Assembly: GCA_951406725.2 (NCBI GenBank) | Contig: OX597842.1 | Location: forward strand, 15,810,001 to 15,874,000 | DNA length: 64,000 nt | From: Octopus vulgaris | Taxonomy: Eukaryota | Reading direction: 5' to 3' | Shown: in pieces, positions 27,142 through 40,135 of the stretch | Numbering within the stretch: position 1 is the stretch's first letter | Layout of the letters: each line of letters starts with the position of its first letter | Made by a program: the position numbers and the translations under genes | The notes under the pieces: model-generated | What the model saw: only the letters and a program-made list of their open reading frames with translations | What the model was told of the DNA's origin: nothing | Database searches by the model: none

Positions 27142-28171
27142 CTGTAAATTAATGTGTGTCTATAAATTAAAAGTGAATTTGTGTGTGTGTGTGTGTAAAA
27201 GTTTCATGTATATATTATCTGTAACTGTAACTCCCTCCCACTCCTTTTGCTGTTTTAGCTTTCTTTCTGACCTGTCCATAAATTATCTTTACAACTTCCA
27301 CACTTCCGAACTTCAAATTGTAAACCCAGTGTTTATTTCAATGCCTCCGCTTCCTCCCTCTGTTATTTTTCTTTTAGCCTATGTTATTAAGTCTGCTATG
27401 CGTATGTATGCATGTATGTGTGTGTATAATATATACTAGCAGCCACCCGGCCTTTGTCTCGGCGTGTAGTGTACACAAATGTATTCATAAAACATCTTTC
27501 GTAATGCTTATGTATTAAGATCTTAGTTAAAGATTACTAGTAGATACTCTTCACAAGTAAAAGTTCTACATTCCAACCTTAAGTAAACACACGCACAGAC
27601 ACACACACACATAAATTTACAGTAAACAAAAGACGAAGACAGGTGAGGGCACAACAAGAAGGTGTATTCCCTTGGGTTAATATCTAGATCCGCACCCGGT
27701 GGAAAAAATGGAAACGCAAATGTGTAACAGTTGTAAGGCATCGTATATTGACGTAATAAGACGGAAAAAAAGGGCGCTGACGAACGGGGGTGGGGGGTCG
27801 GAAGGGGGGGTGGGGGGGTCGGAAAATTCCCAGGATCAACCTGGAATCTAAAATGTGTAACAGTTGTAAGGCATCGTATATTGACGGAATAAGACGTAAA
27901 AAAAGGGCGCTGACAAACGGGGGTGGGGTGGGGGGTCGGAAAATTCCCAGGATCAACCGTAGAGGATCCACGCCCAGGTGGCAAAAATGGAAAAAAATAT
28001 GTGTAAGAGGTGTAAGGCATCGTATATTGAAGGAATATGACGAAAAAAAAGCGCGCTGACAACCGGGTGGGGGGGGCGCTCGGAAAATTGCCTACGATTT
28101 AAAGAAAAATTTACCATCAATTTTCACCATTTAAACGCATTGTTGGCATAAGGGAAGTAACTCTCTAAAAA

Positions 28172-28469
28172 TCTCTATATATAAACGGCAGTTTTTCTGT
28201 GTGTCTGTCAGGTTGTACCCTCACCCTGACCACGGCTTTCAACCGATTCTGATGAAACTTGACACACACATAGCCCAATGTCATAATTCAAAACTAACGC
28301 AGCGAAAATTTTGAAAAGTTCCCCCAGTTCTGAAAAAGATCGATAAATTCGACATGGGGTCGAGAATTTCAATTTTTTTGCTATTTTCAATATTTTTCAA
28401 TATTTTTGCTAAAAATGCTTTATAGTTATTTCCCTTACAAACTCGAGCAACGCCGGGCGATACTGCTAG
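28172..28469 (+). mobile_element. Non-autonomous Helitron nested in the Merlin element
   Basis: A|TC 5' end, subterminal hairpin ctcgagcaacgccggg, 3' CTAG|T end. Confidence 0.7.
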
Positions 28470-28716
28470 TCTATATATATATATTTTTTTATTTTACAAA
28501 CAAAAAGTGAAAACTGAAGTAATGGAATTTGAATTTTTGAAGTTGCGATTGATAATTATTCTGTGACAATCAATAATATTGGGAAAATATAATCTGTACT
28601 TACCACATGCGTGGTAGATTTGCTGATTATTTTCAACAAATCTACCACGCTTCTATTTCAAATTCTTTAACGTTGTCAGTTGTTACAGCAGCCACGTGGA
28701 AATTGGTCGAACATCT

Positions 28717-29669
28717 TTATTGCCCAGGATACAAATTCGCAGCTTGCAATAAAAATTCATGAATCCTTTTGGGAGCAGGGCGGAAAGCTTGCATGAATTG
28801 GTATGTAGCTACATATTGTTTTAAGTAACACGATTTAATTCCTGCTCTTATGACGTTTTTTTTTAAGCTCCCCCAAAATCTTTCTATTGTCTGTGTATGT
28901 ATAGATGGGTTTGTTGGATCTACAAAATTCTGGCTGTGATTTATCTTAAAATGCGTGTAGCCTAATGTATCTAACCTATTATATACGGGCCAACAATCAC
29001 TATATACAGTTGAACCAGGTTTAATGTGGCGTCTAATTAATGGAATTAGTGTGGAAGAATCTCGCCTTAGAATTTCACCACATTCTGATGTCAGGGGTAT
29101 CAAAAAATTTTTCTTGGATTCTCTTTCGATTCCGCCAAATAGCCAAATAGTTTTCACAAGTCTCCCCCTGTTATATTTCCTCCTAACCAAGACTGTCTCG
29201 TCTATTTCTACTTCTATCCCTGGCCCTCCAATTGGTGTTTGGGAATTTGCGGCCCAATGAAGACAGACTTCAGAGCAGAAGGACCTCCAATCAACGGACG
29301 TAGCAAGCGATATATCTAAATTCTCAATAACTGCTTGGTGCGACCAATCTTCTGTTAAGAAATGGTTTACATACAAAAGAATTTTCCAGGGGTTAATCTA
29401 CTCCGATTCAAAAAGGTGTTCTTAAATATGGAAACAGAAAAACCACATTCTGTCGCCTTCTGTCTTCTTCTGCGAACCATTTTCCTGCAACGAAATATAT
29501 GTGTTCCATTTCGTAGAATACACGGTGAATTGCACGTCGGGCAATTCACATTTCTTGGTATCACCCCATGTTCCCGAAAAAATTCTAATGCTGTTTCATC
29601 GTTAAGCCGAAATCTCGAAACCCCTTCATACAGACTCAGCTCGCACGGAATAACACACGATGCCATCAT
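28717..29669 (-). pseudogene. Merlin DDE transposase split by a single-base frameshift near 29382
   Basis: N-terminal Zn ribbon CPTC...FRC...C; catalytic VEIDET, YSDCW, INHS..F, HTQTIERFW. Adding one A to the GGAAAATT run joins the two ORFs into 317 codons. Confidence 0.88.
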
Positions 29670-29959
29670 GCAAATTAAAATGACCAGATTAAAGATAAAT
29701 TCAAATAATATTTTCGTTAAAGGGAAGAGTACGTCTAGTCACTGCGAATACACAAATTTGAAAGGCTTTTCCACGCTGCCTGCGCACGCAATTAGGGCTG
29801 GCACTTCCGGCAATGTGGTCACTCAATGTGGTCAACCGGAAGTTGGGCTGGCACTTCCGGTTTTCCTCATTCGATGCCTTACACCTCTTACACATATTTT
29901 TTTCCATTTTTGCCACCTGGGCGTGGATCCTCTACGGTTGATCCTGGGATTTCCTCATT

Positions 29960-30292
29960 CCATGTGTGATCTCTTAGCCAGATTCCCAACATCAGCGTTA
30001 CAACATAACGCTGACAGTGGAGATCGCCGATCACCTGTAGACCATTGCTGGATGAACTGGATTCGAGAGGTTCGGCACTCGGCTTGAAGATCAACTGTAT
30101 GAAAACCAAGTACATAGGGTCTGAAGGCGTATCAATCGGTCATCTAGCAGTCGGAAGCGACGAAATAGAAGAGGTGGACAGCTATGTCTATCTCGGTCAA
30201 GAAGTGACTAGAGGTGAAAGATGGAGAATGAGATGTTGCAAAGGTTAAGAGCAGGATGGAGAGCTTTCACCTCACTGAAGGATTTGCTGAAG
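29960..30292 (+). mobile_element. Short RTE-type reverse transcriptase remnant
   Basis: LDELDSRGSALGLKINCMKTKYI...IEEVDSYVYLGQEV is typical of the RT domain 6-7 region of non-LTR elements. Confidence 0.7.
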
Positions 30293-30309
30293 GTATATTT
30301 ATATATACA

Positions 30310-33300
30310 TATACAAGTAACACACTCACAGGCAAGGAACACAGGTACAAGATTTTTGGGCAGGGAACACTGACGGGGTCGGGGGCGTGGGTATACTTCT
30401 TGCGGAGAAATGGGTAGATAAGGTAATCGAGGTAGTCAGAGTAAGTGACAGAGTAATTAAAATTAGATTAGTCATTCACCATAGTTCAGCTACCATCATC
30501 TCGGCATATGCCCCTCAACCAGGGCTACCGGAAGGACAAAAAGACCAATTCTATGACACCCTATTGCGGACTACCTCGTTGACATATGACAGTGACCTTC
30601 TCTTCGTGGCAGGGGATTTTAATGGACATGTTGGTCGGCATGTCGGGGGCTTCCATGGCGTTCATGGAGGCTACGGTTTTGGCTCTCGTAATGAGGAGGG
30701 AACCAGGCTGCTGGAGTTCTGCGATGCAAATGACCTTATGGTCTGCAATACCAACTTCAGGAAACCCACCTCTCACCTAGTCACCTACCGTTCTGGCAGA
30801 CACACTAGCCAGATTAACTACATCCTTGCCAGAAAAAGGGAAAGAGGGCTGCTTACAAATGCCAAAACCTTTCCAGGCGAAGAATGTACTCCTCAACATA
30901 GATTAGTAGTTAGCGACTTCAGGATCAGAGCTAAATGGTTGCCCAGAAGAAGACCAGCTTGGAGGAGAAGGGTCTGGAAGCTTAAAGATCCTGCAAATGG
31001 ACAGAGATTTAGAGACATATTACTCGAAGCCTTTGACAAAATAGAAGGGGATATAGCTTCATTTAATGTGGAAGACAACTGGAGATTTCTACGGGACAAT
31101 CTGCTGACAGCCACTGACCAGATCTGTGGATGGAGCAAAGTACCAGCTCGACCCAGAGTAACATGGTGGTGGAACACTGTGGTTGACAGGGCTATTAGAC
31201 AAAAGAGACAGGCTTGGAAGGACTGGAAGAACGGTGGTAGCAGGGAATTGTATCAGACAGCCAGAAGGGAAGCTAGGAGACAGGTTTATTTAGCCAGAGG
31301 GGAAGCGGATAAGAAAAAATTTGCCAATGTTCTGAGCCGTGAGGATGAAAGACTTGAGGTATTTCATGTTGCAAGACAGTGTGTGAGAGAGAATCGTGAT
31401 GTGGTAGGAGAGAAGTGTGTTCGCACGGATGATGGTTCACTTGCGCTAAATGAGGATGCAAAGAGAGAGGTTTGGAGATGCCACTATGAAAGGTTGCTGA
31501 ATAAAGAAAATGAATGGGATAAAGAGAGTCTGCCGAATGTCAACCCAACAGAGGGACCAGCCATCCGAGTTGAAAATTCTTTGGTAGTTAAAGCAATTAG
31601 AAGCATGAAGACAGGGAAAGCCCCAGGCCCATCAGGAATTACTGCAGAGATGCTCAAAATATCTGGCAGTGTCGGCTATAACCTAGTCACCCATATAGTC
31701 AACCAGGTGATACACGAAGGAGTCATACCGAATGACTGGTGTGGCAGCATACTAGTCAACTGCTACAAAGGTAAAGGTGATGCCCTAGATACAAATAATT
31801 ACAGAGGTATCAAGCTGTTGGATCAGGTGATGAAGGTTACGGAGAGGGTCATAGCCCAACTAATTAGAGAGGGAGTTAGTTTAGATGAGATGCAGTTTGG
31901 GTTCGTGCCAGGGAAAAGTACCACTGATGCTATATTCCTGGTAAGGCAGCTGCAGGAGAAATACCTGGCCAAAGATAAGCCCCTGTACCTGGCTTTCGTT
32001 GACATGGAGAAAGCCTTTGATAGGGTCCCCCGATCCCTTATCTGGTGGTCAATGAGGAAACTAGGGATAGATGAATGGCTGGTGAGGGCTGTGCAAGCCA
32101 TGTACAGAGATGCCGTAAGTAAGGTTAGGGTTGGCAACATGTACACAGAAGAATTCAAAGTAGAGGTTGGGGTCCACCAGGGTTCAGTGCTCAACCCCCT
32201 CCTATTTATCATAGTCCTCCAAGCAATTACGGAGGAATTCAAGACAGGTTGCACCTGGGAGCTCCTCTATGCTGACGACCTTGCTCTAATTGCTGAGTCA
32301 CTATCGGAACTGGAGGAGAAGTTCCAGGTGTGGAAGGAGGGCCTAGAATCGAGGGGCCTTAGAGTCAATCTAGCTAAAACCAAAGTCGTAATAAGTTGGA
32401 AGGTAGACAATCCACAAATGTCTTCAGGAAGATGGCCCTGTTCAATCTGTAGAAAAGGTGTAGGTAGAAACTCTATAAGATGTACCCAGTGTAAGCTATG
32501 GACACATAAGAGGTGCAGCAATGTCAAAGGTAGGCTAACTGGGAAGATAGTTTTTGTATGTGGCAGATGCTCGGGAGCATTAACCTCCGAAAATCTGCAG
32601 AAAACAACTTCCGTCACTTTCCAGGGGAAAAAAACTATAAGTTGTTGATAGCTTCCGTTATCTAGGTGACCAAGTCAGTTGTGGGGGTGGGTGCGCTGAA
32701 AGTGTAACTGCTAGAATAAGAATAGCCTGGGCAAAGTTTAGGGAGCTCTTACCTCTGCTGGTGACTAAAGGCCTCTCGCTCAGAGTAAAAGGCAGACTGT
32801 ATGATGCAGGTGTACGAACAGCCATGCTACATGGCAGTGAAAAATGGGCCGTGACTGCTGAGGACATGCGTAAGCTTGTGAGGAATGAAGCCAGTATGCT
32901 CCGATGGATGTGTAATGTCAGTGTACATACTCGACAGAGCGTTAGTACCTTGAGAAGCATCAGTTGTGGTGTGCAAGAGAGATGATTGCTCTGGTATGGT
33001 CATGTGGCGAGAATGGATGAAGATAGGTGTGTGAGAAAGTGCCAATCCCTAGCAGTTGAGGGAACCCGTGGAAGAGGTAGACCCAGGAAAACCTGGGACG
33101 AGGTGGTGAAGCACGACCTTCGAACTTTAGGCCTCACTGAGGAAATGACCAGCGACCGAGACCTTTGGAAATATGCTGTACGTGAGAAGACCAGGCAGGT
33201 CAAGTGAGCCCAGCCCACTTATGCATGCCTTTCCTCCCTTGGACACAAAGACCTGTTGAGGCAAGCGAAGTCGATATAGAACCTCATCCGATGACAGACA

Positions 33301-33709
33301 CCCATGCCAACCCCCTTTGCTTGCGAAGACATGTTGGGGGAAGCGAAATCGAAATAGAAATCGAATTGAACCAGCCAGGATCCCTGGTCTGGTGGTACGT
33401 AAAAAGCACTATCCGACTCGTGGCCGATGCCAGCGCCGCCTCGACTGGCCTCCGTGCCGGTGGCACGTAAAATACACCAATCCGACCGTGGCCGTTGCCA
33501 GCCTCGCCTGGCACCTGTGCAGGTGGCACGTAAAAAGCACCCACTACACTCATGGAGTGGTTGGTGTTAGGAAGGGCCTCCAGCTGTAGAAACATTGCCA
33601 GATAACACTGGAGTCTGGTGCAGCCTTCTGGCTTCCCAGATCCCCGGTCGAACTGTCCAACCCATGCTAGCATGGAGAACGGACGTTAAACAATGATGAT
33701 GATGATGAT
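30310..33709 (+). mobile_element. 5'-truncated RTE-clade LINE (AP endonuclease, RT, Cys/His finger, 3' UTR, (GAT)n tail)
   Basis: ORF 30387-32648: SAYAPQ, AGDFNGH, QHRLV (APE); KAPGPSG, QFGF, DMEKAFD, GVHQGS, LLYADD (RT); CSIC...CTQC..WTHKRC...CGRC. Frameshift near 32630, C-terminus to 33207 (RGRGRPRKTW), tail gatgatgat. Confidence 0.95.
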
Positions 33710-33763
<54 letters not shown>

Positions 33764-35207
33764 CATGTAGTCAAATGATCAAATACACTGTCAGATGTTA
33801 CACATCACTTGTCACAATGTGCTTTGCATCGTTTTACGTTTTGAATGATGCCACTCCACTGGTTAGGAAAGGAGGCGAACATTCGGATGTCTTGGGAAAG
33901 GAAGGGCATTGCAAGAATCAAACCCACGATCTAGCTATTGTGAGGGTAACACCCGAATCACTATGCCATACAGCTACTCACACATGCACACGAGTATACA
34001 CAATCATAGACTTATATATGTACGTTTATGCATATAAAGCAATCATTTTACACCTTTTCTCCATACATGTATGAGTATATTATTGATCCATTCTTTCTGC
34101 ATCTGGATCCCTTTCATGTTATTAACCCTTACCTGTTGTTCAAGGGATCCCTTATTCCAATGGTTTGTCTATTAACAGGGAAAATGATAATCTAATCGTT
34201 CATAGCTGAGCAATTTTCAGTAAAAGCAAATGGAAACATACAAACACACACACATACACACAAACACACACATATATATGTATGCACACATACACACACA
34301 CATATATGTATGCACACGTACACACACACACACACACAAGCACTTCATTTTGGCAGTTTATTTCACTGGTCCTCAGATTTTGTCCAGCAGTGTACGATGT
34401 GCTTCTCACAGATTATCTCTATTTAATCCACTCAGAAGTCTTGATTAGTCATGGGATTTAGAAGAAGGTACTTGCCCAAGGTGTCATACAGTGGGTCAAA
34501 ACTTTTGGTTGGCGTTTGGAAGGTCATCCAGCAGTAAAATACCTGATAAAATAGACAGTAGCCCAGGGTAGTTTTTTCTACCTGTATGGCTCCTGTCGTC
34601 CATCTTACTCATGAAGGCATGGAAGGTGGACGGTATGCGGTTATGATGATGATGATGATGTTAGTATATATATATATACGTATACACATAATGGAAATTT
34701 ATTAAATAATTATGAAGTAGTCATAAAGATATTTGCAAAAGTTTATTAAGTAAGCGCTTGTTGATAGTGTCTGTCGAAATATTAGCAAAGTAGATGAGAT
34801 CAAATCAAAGATCAATACAGGACGTTTTATTGAACAAACTCCGTTTCATTGATTCTTTTACTAGTTTTCATAAATTTGCTTTTCTTTAGAGAATCAATTT
34901 GTTTTTTTATATAAAGTGTCCCCCACCCTAGCTGGAGTATGATCCACAGATTTATAGCTCAAGATGTAAGCAGAGGAATGTAGCTAACCTAAAGACACAA
35001 CTCAGTGACTGTTGTTAGGCTTATTAGTGTCAAGAAGAACATTCAGCTATGAATAATACTTTAGATAAACTGAAGTTTACAATATCAATGTTATCTTATG
35101 CAAGATTTTAGAACCATCAACTTCTGTTTATTGTTGTTTAACTTATTTTATAAGTTTTTTTAAAACTGTTTTGTTTTCTTTCTTTTTTGACTGATTTTAT
35201 TCAAAAG

Positions 35208-38200
35208 ACAGCGAATATCAGACAGAAAATTTCGGAGGATGACATTGAAGGGTTTAAAAAATTAATAAGAAAGGATCCAACAATAGTAAGTTGTTCTGTT
35301 TATTGCCTTCTCAAATTTGATTGTTTATTATTTTATACACAATATGAAATGTTTTATACACAATATGAAAAGTAGCCACATATATTGTTCCATGATATTT
35401 CATTTCTTTCTTCACTTCTTTTCTCTAATCCTCATCATCGACATTTTTCCCTGTCATCTGTAGTGGAGGAATTTAAAGTAGCGAAATGTAATGTAATGAT
35501 GTACAGAGACTCTAAGGACGAGCTTGTCAGACATGCAGGTATTACCACAAAGTGTGGGCAACTACCACCGCTGTCGCTCAGGCTGAAGGCATGCTGGAGC
35601 TACGCGCCATAATTGGAGCTACATGTTGGGGTCGCAAGGGACTTGGGTCTTCCTATTTCCAACAATAGAAGAAAGCAGACACCAGGGAGAGGCGGGCTAT
35701 GACTCAGAAAGCAATGTGGAACCAGGAGGAAGCTAAAAGGAAATCAAGAGCTGTGGAGTTGGTATCTCTGGGTGTATGGACTAAATGGGATCTCCCTGAG
35801 AGGAAGCTCACATGGACTGACCTGTGGAGGCTGGAACCTTTGCACATCTCCTTCCTGCATCGAGCGGTGTATGACACACTCCCGACACCATCAAACCTGC
35901 ACAGATAAGGTTTGAGGGAAGACCAGCTGCGTAGACTTTGTGGGAAAGGGGCACTCTGGCACACATCTTGGCAGGGTGAAGAATAACACTTTCTCAAGGC
36001 AGATACAAATACTTGCTCACAACCTGGAGCAGTAAAGGTGTAAGAAACATCATCACCAAGGGAAGATATCTGCCACAATTAAGTTCGTGAAAGAGGGAGA
36101 AAAACCAGTAAAGCCAGCAAAAGCAAAACATAGCTTGCTGCAAGGGTCTCAACCATGGGATATGAAGGTAGACTTAGGGAAGAGATTGCAGTTTCCCCAG
36201 GTTGTCCATACAACCCTGAGGCCTGATGTGGTCCTGTGGTCTGAAAAGGCTGAGAAAATTATCATAATTGAACGAACAGTCACGTGGGGAGCGGGTTGTA
36301 ACGAGGCCCATGAACGGAAGTGTGACAGATATAAGAACATTCTGCAGAATTGCAGGGAGAAGGTATGGCAGGTATGGATTTTCCTAGTGGAGGTTGGCTG
36401 TAGGGGATTCTTTGTCCAGTCGGCATGGAGGATTTTTACAGCAACTGTAATGAGAGGTAAGGAGGGAAGAGTGGGTGTGCACGGATGGGAGAGGCAACTG
36501 AAAGAGCCTTTTGCTGGCTTTGGTGTAAGAGAGAAGATTAACGCTGGAAGGCTTGAGGAGTTGAGGAGCAGTGAATTGGCCACCTCTGTTGACCCACCAA
36601 TGGTAGGGTGTTAAGGTTCAGGGTCGAAACATCCGATGAACGAGGGATAACATCTGACAACATTGGTTTCTCCTGGACAAGGCAACCATTCACTTTGGTG
36701 AATAGATAAAGCACATCCTTATGGGTGTTATTAACTCTTATATATATATATATATGTATGTATGTGTGTGTATACTGCCAAGCAGATGTGTGTGTATTAT
36801 TGAGTGGGGTTTGTGTGTATGCATGTGTATCTATGTTAGTGTGTGTCCCCAACTGCTAATTGATAACCGGTGTTGGTGTATTTGCATCCCTGTTACTTAG
36901 CACTTAAGCAAAAGAGGGCTAGAGGTTGCTGCTCATCAGACAGAAAAGGTACCACACATAAAAGACAAAATCAAGGAGGAGCCCCAGCATGGCCACAGTC
37001 TCATGACTGAAACAAGCAGAAGAGAGAAAGAAAAAGAAAGAGAAAAAAGAAGAGAGGAAGAGAAAAATAGAAGAAAGAAAAGAAAATATAGAGAGAACTA
37101 TAGAGAAGACGAAAAGAGAAAAGAAACAGAGAAAGAGAGAGAGAAAAAAGGAGAGAAAAGATAAAGAGAATGAGATTGGAAAAAGAAAACGAGAGAGAAA
37201 AGAAAGAGAGAAATGAATGAGTGGGAGAGAGGAAGAAGGATAAAAATAAAACGAGAGGGAGAAAGAAGGAGAGAAAAGCGAGAAAAGAAAGAGAGAGAGA
37301 AAAAGAAACAAGAGGAAGAAAGAGATGAAGAAGGGGGGGAGAAAGAGAGAAAGAAAACGAGAAATAGAGAAAGGAAGACAGAAAACAAAAGAGTGAGAAG
37401 AAGAAAGGAAAGAGAGAGAGAAAAGACAATGAGGAAATGAGAGAGAAAGAGAGAATAGACAAAGAAAACGAGCGAAAGAGTGAAAAGAAAAAGATAGAGA
37501 GAGATAGGGAGAAGGAAAAGCAGAAAATAAAAAGAGAGAGAAAAGAAGCAGAGAGGGAGAGAGCGAGAATAGAAAAAGAGGAAGAGAGAAAGATGGAAGG
37601 TAAGAGAAGAAAAAGGGACTGAGAGAAATAAAGAGAGAAAAAGGGAGAGAGAGAGAGAGAGAGAGGAAGAAAGAGGAAAAACAAACAGTGAAAGAGAGAG
37701 AAATGAGAAAGAGATGGATAACGAGACGAAAAAGGGATAAAGAGAATGAGAGAAAAGAAAGAGGGAGAAAGAGAGAAAAGAAAGGGAGAAGGCAAGAGAG
37801 GAGAGAAAAGAAAGAGGGAGAAAGAGAGAAAAGAAAGTGAGAAGGCAAGAGAGGAGAGAAAAGAAAGTGAGAAGGCAAGAGAGGAGAGAAAAGAAAGTGA
37901 GAAGGCAAGAGAGGAGAGAAAAGAAAGAGGGAGAAACAGAAAAGAAAGAGGGAGAAAGAGAAAGAGAGAAAGAGAGAAAAGAAAGTGAGAAGGCAAGAGA
38001 GGAGAGAAAAGAAAAAAGTAAGTCCCTTAAAGGGAGAAAAGGAAAAGAGGGAAAGAAAAGAAAAAGGAAATGACAAAGAGAAGAGAAAAATTGCCAGAGA
38101 AAAGAGATAACAGAGAGAAAGAGGAAGAGAGAGACAAAGAGAGAAAGAGGGGGAAAAAAGGAGAGAGATAAAGAAGAGAGAAAAGTAAAGCAGGAGAGAA

Positions 38201-39303
38201 AGTGATAAAAGAAAAGAGAGATAAAAAGAGAGGAAGGAAAGAAAGAGAAAGAGAGAACAAATACTAAGAGACATAGAGAGAGAGAAAGATAGAAAGGAAA
38301 ATGTGAGAGAGAGAGAGAGAAGAAGAAAGAGAGAGAAAAAGAAAAGAGAAAAGCGTTTCTACATATTCACTGAAACCACGGGTCTCCCATAAATATGAAA
38401 GAATTTGCCTCGGATACTCTAGCAATAACATCCCCACGTCATCCAACGAACTATACACCCGTATGCAGCTGGAAAAGCTATTGGACGTGATTAGGCGTAT
38501 GAGGTGAAGGGCTTTTCTACCCTCCATATTTGGAAGAGGTCTTAGGCCAACAGGTTTTGGGGTCTAATGATACGCCATGAAGCTAAATCCTTTTTGGACC
38601 GGAGACCAAGGGTAATCCCGGAAACTGGCCTTCCCCGGTTTTAAAATATACACTGCTCTACATCTTAGAGTGTGCTTCTTCTCCGGATTTATCTTTTCTG
38701 CAAACAAAACAAATATATACGTAGGTATGTCATTATTCAGTTTATTTCCAGATATTCTATTTTTCACTTTATGTCAACATCCGCTGGACAGCTAATTCCC
38801 ACAACTGTGAACAGTTTCTCTATATATGTATGTATGTATGTCTGCACACACACACACACACGTTGTGATATAATTGTCACTTAGTCTACCTCAGGAATTT
38901 CAGGGTTTTTTGAGTTTTATTACAAATGGGGGATTGGGAAATGGAGTATTGACCCATTTTGCATCGGACCCTTGTGGTTTGGATGTGTTGCATCCTCCGG
39001 TACAGATTCATTGCATCTGGTGTCTTGTTTTACAGAAGAAACCTCACTAAATATTCTCGGTTTCGCTTGGCATGTTGTTGCCAGGAGGTTGTTGGCTATA
39101 ATGCTATAATCCAAGAACCTACTGACAACAACAACATACCAAGCGATACCGAGAACTCTCCCACCCACAAGGAATCGATGCAAGATGGGTCAAACCAATT
39201 GTTGTGATGAATAAATTTTCTCGTGAACTTCATTTTACATATTCCTCATTCAACATATATATTTATATATCCAACAGTAATGTATATAAATCTCTCTCTC
39301 TCT

Positions 39304-39343
<40 letters not shown>

Positions 39344-40002
39344 AGTGTGTTTCTGTGTATGTGTGTGTGCACACGCATTAATTTCATGGGGGTGGACACT
39401 AACCACCTCAACAGTTTTATGAACTTCTTATTAATTATAACAACATCAAAAGTATACTTTAGAAATTTTAATTCTTCTTTACTAGTCTTGATCTGTTAAT
39501 CATGTGTTCACTCGTGTTCAGCTCCCCTAAAACTTACTATAGTTAGGAATAAAGGTAGATTAAGCTGAAACAATCTATTTAGGACATCTTTATCCTGTCT
39601 AGAACACATTCTCAAAGCAACATCTAGAGGATCTTACGAAGGTTAATTTTACGGAAAAACATCAAATGTACATGATCAGTTTGATCAAGTATACAGTAGA
39701 AGACAATAATGACACATTGATATCCATCCTGATTTTCATGTAAATTTTCATTTTCTATTTTTACTTCCACATAGCGTTCAGTTCAGTTGGATATTCAGAA
39801 CAAAAAGAAAATGACACCATTGCTTGAAGCCGTTTCCCGGGGTCACCTCGGAATGACACACAAGCTAATAGCCCTGGGTGCAAGCATAAATGCTGTTGAT
39901 GGTGATGGTAACAGCTGTTTGCACCTTGCCGTGAAAACAGAAGTGTTTAATTCCGAGGGTGCACCCATGGATTTACTAAACGAAGTAAGTTTTTAAATTG
40001 TT

Positions 40003-40037
<35 letters not shown>

Positions 40038-40080
40038 CATCATCATCATCATCGTTTAACGTCCGATGATGATGATGATG

Positions 40081-40135
<55 letters not shown>

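Larger units (their letters stand above)
27670..29948 (-). mobile_element. Merlin (IS1595/IS1016-like) DNA transposon
   Basis: Perfect 77-bp inverted repeat (27946-28022 / 29872-29948) encloses a DDE transposase; tandem subterminal repeats at 27690-28090. No target-site duplication could be identified. Confidence 0.85.

Noticed and set aside
28717-29669. Bacterial IS1595 contamination or programmed frameshift
   Set aside because: Embedded in host repeats with a nested Helitron. No canonical slippery heptamer; a single-base deletion or sequencing error is simpler.
36919-38274. 451-aa and 331-aa F/S/L-rich ORFs
   Set aside because: Translations of the polypyrimidine strand of a low-complexity tract.
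38559-38636. Further hammerhead-like remnants (also about 675-790, 3050-3198, 62178-62275)
   Set aside because: Catalytic core or stems too mutated to call.
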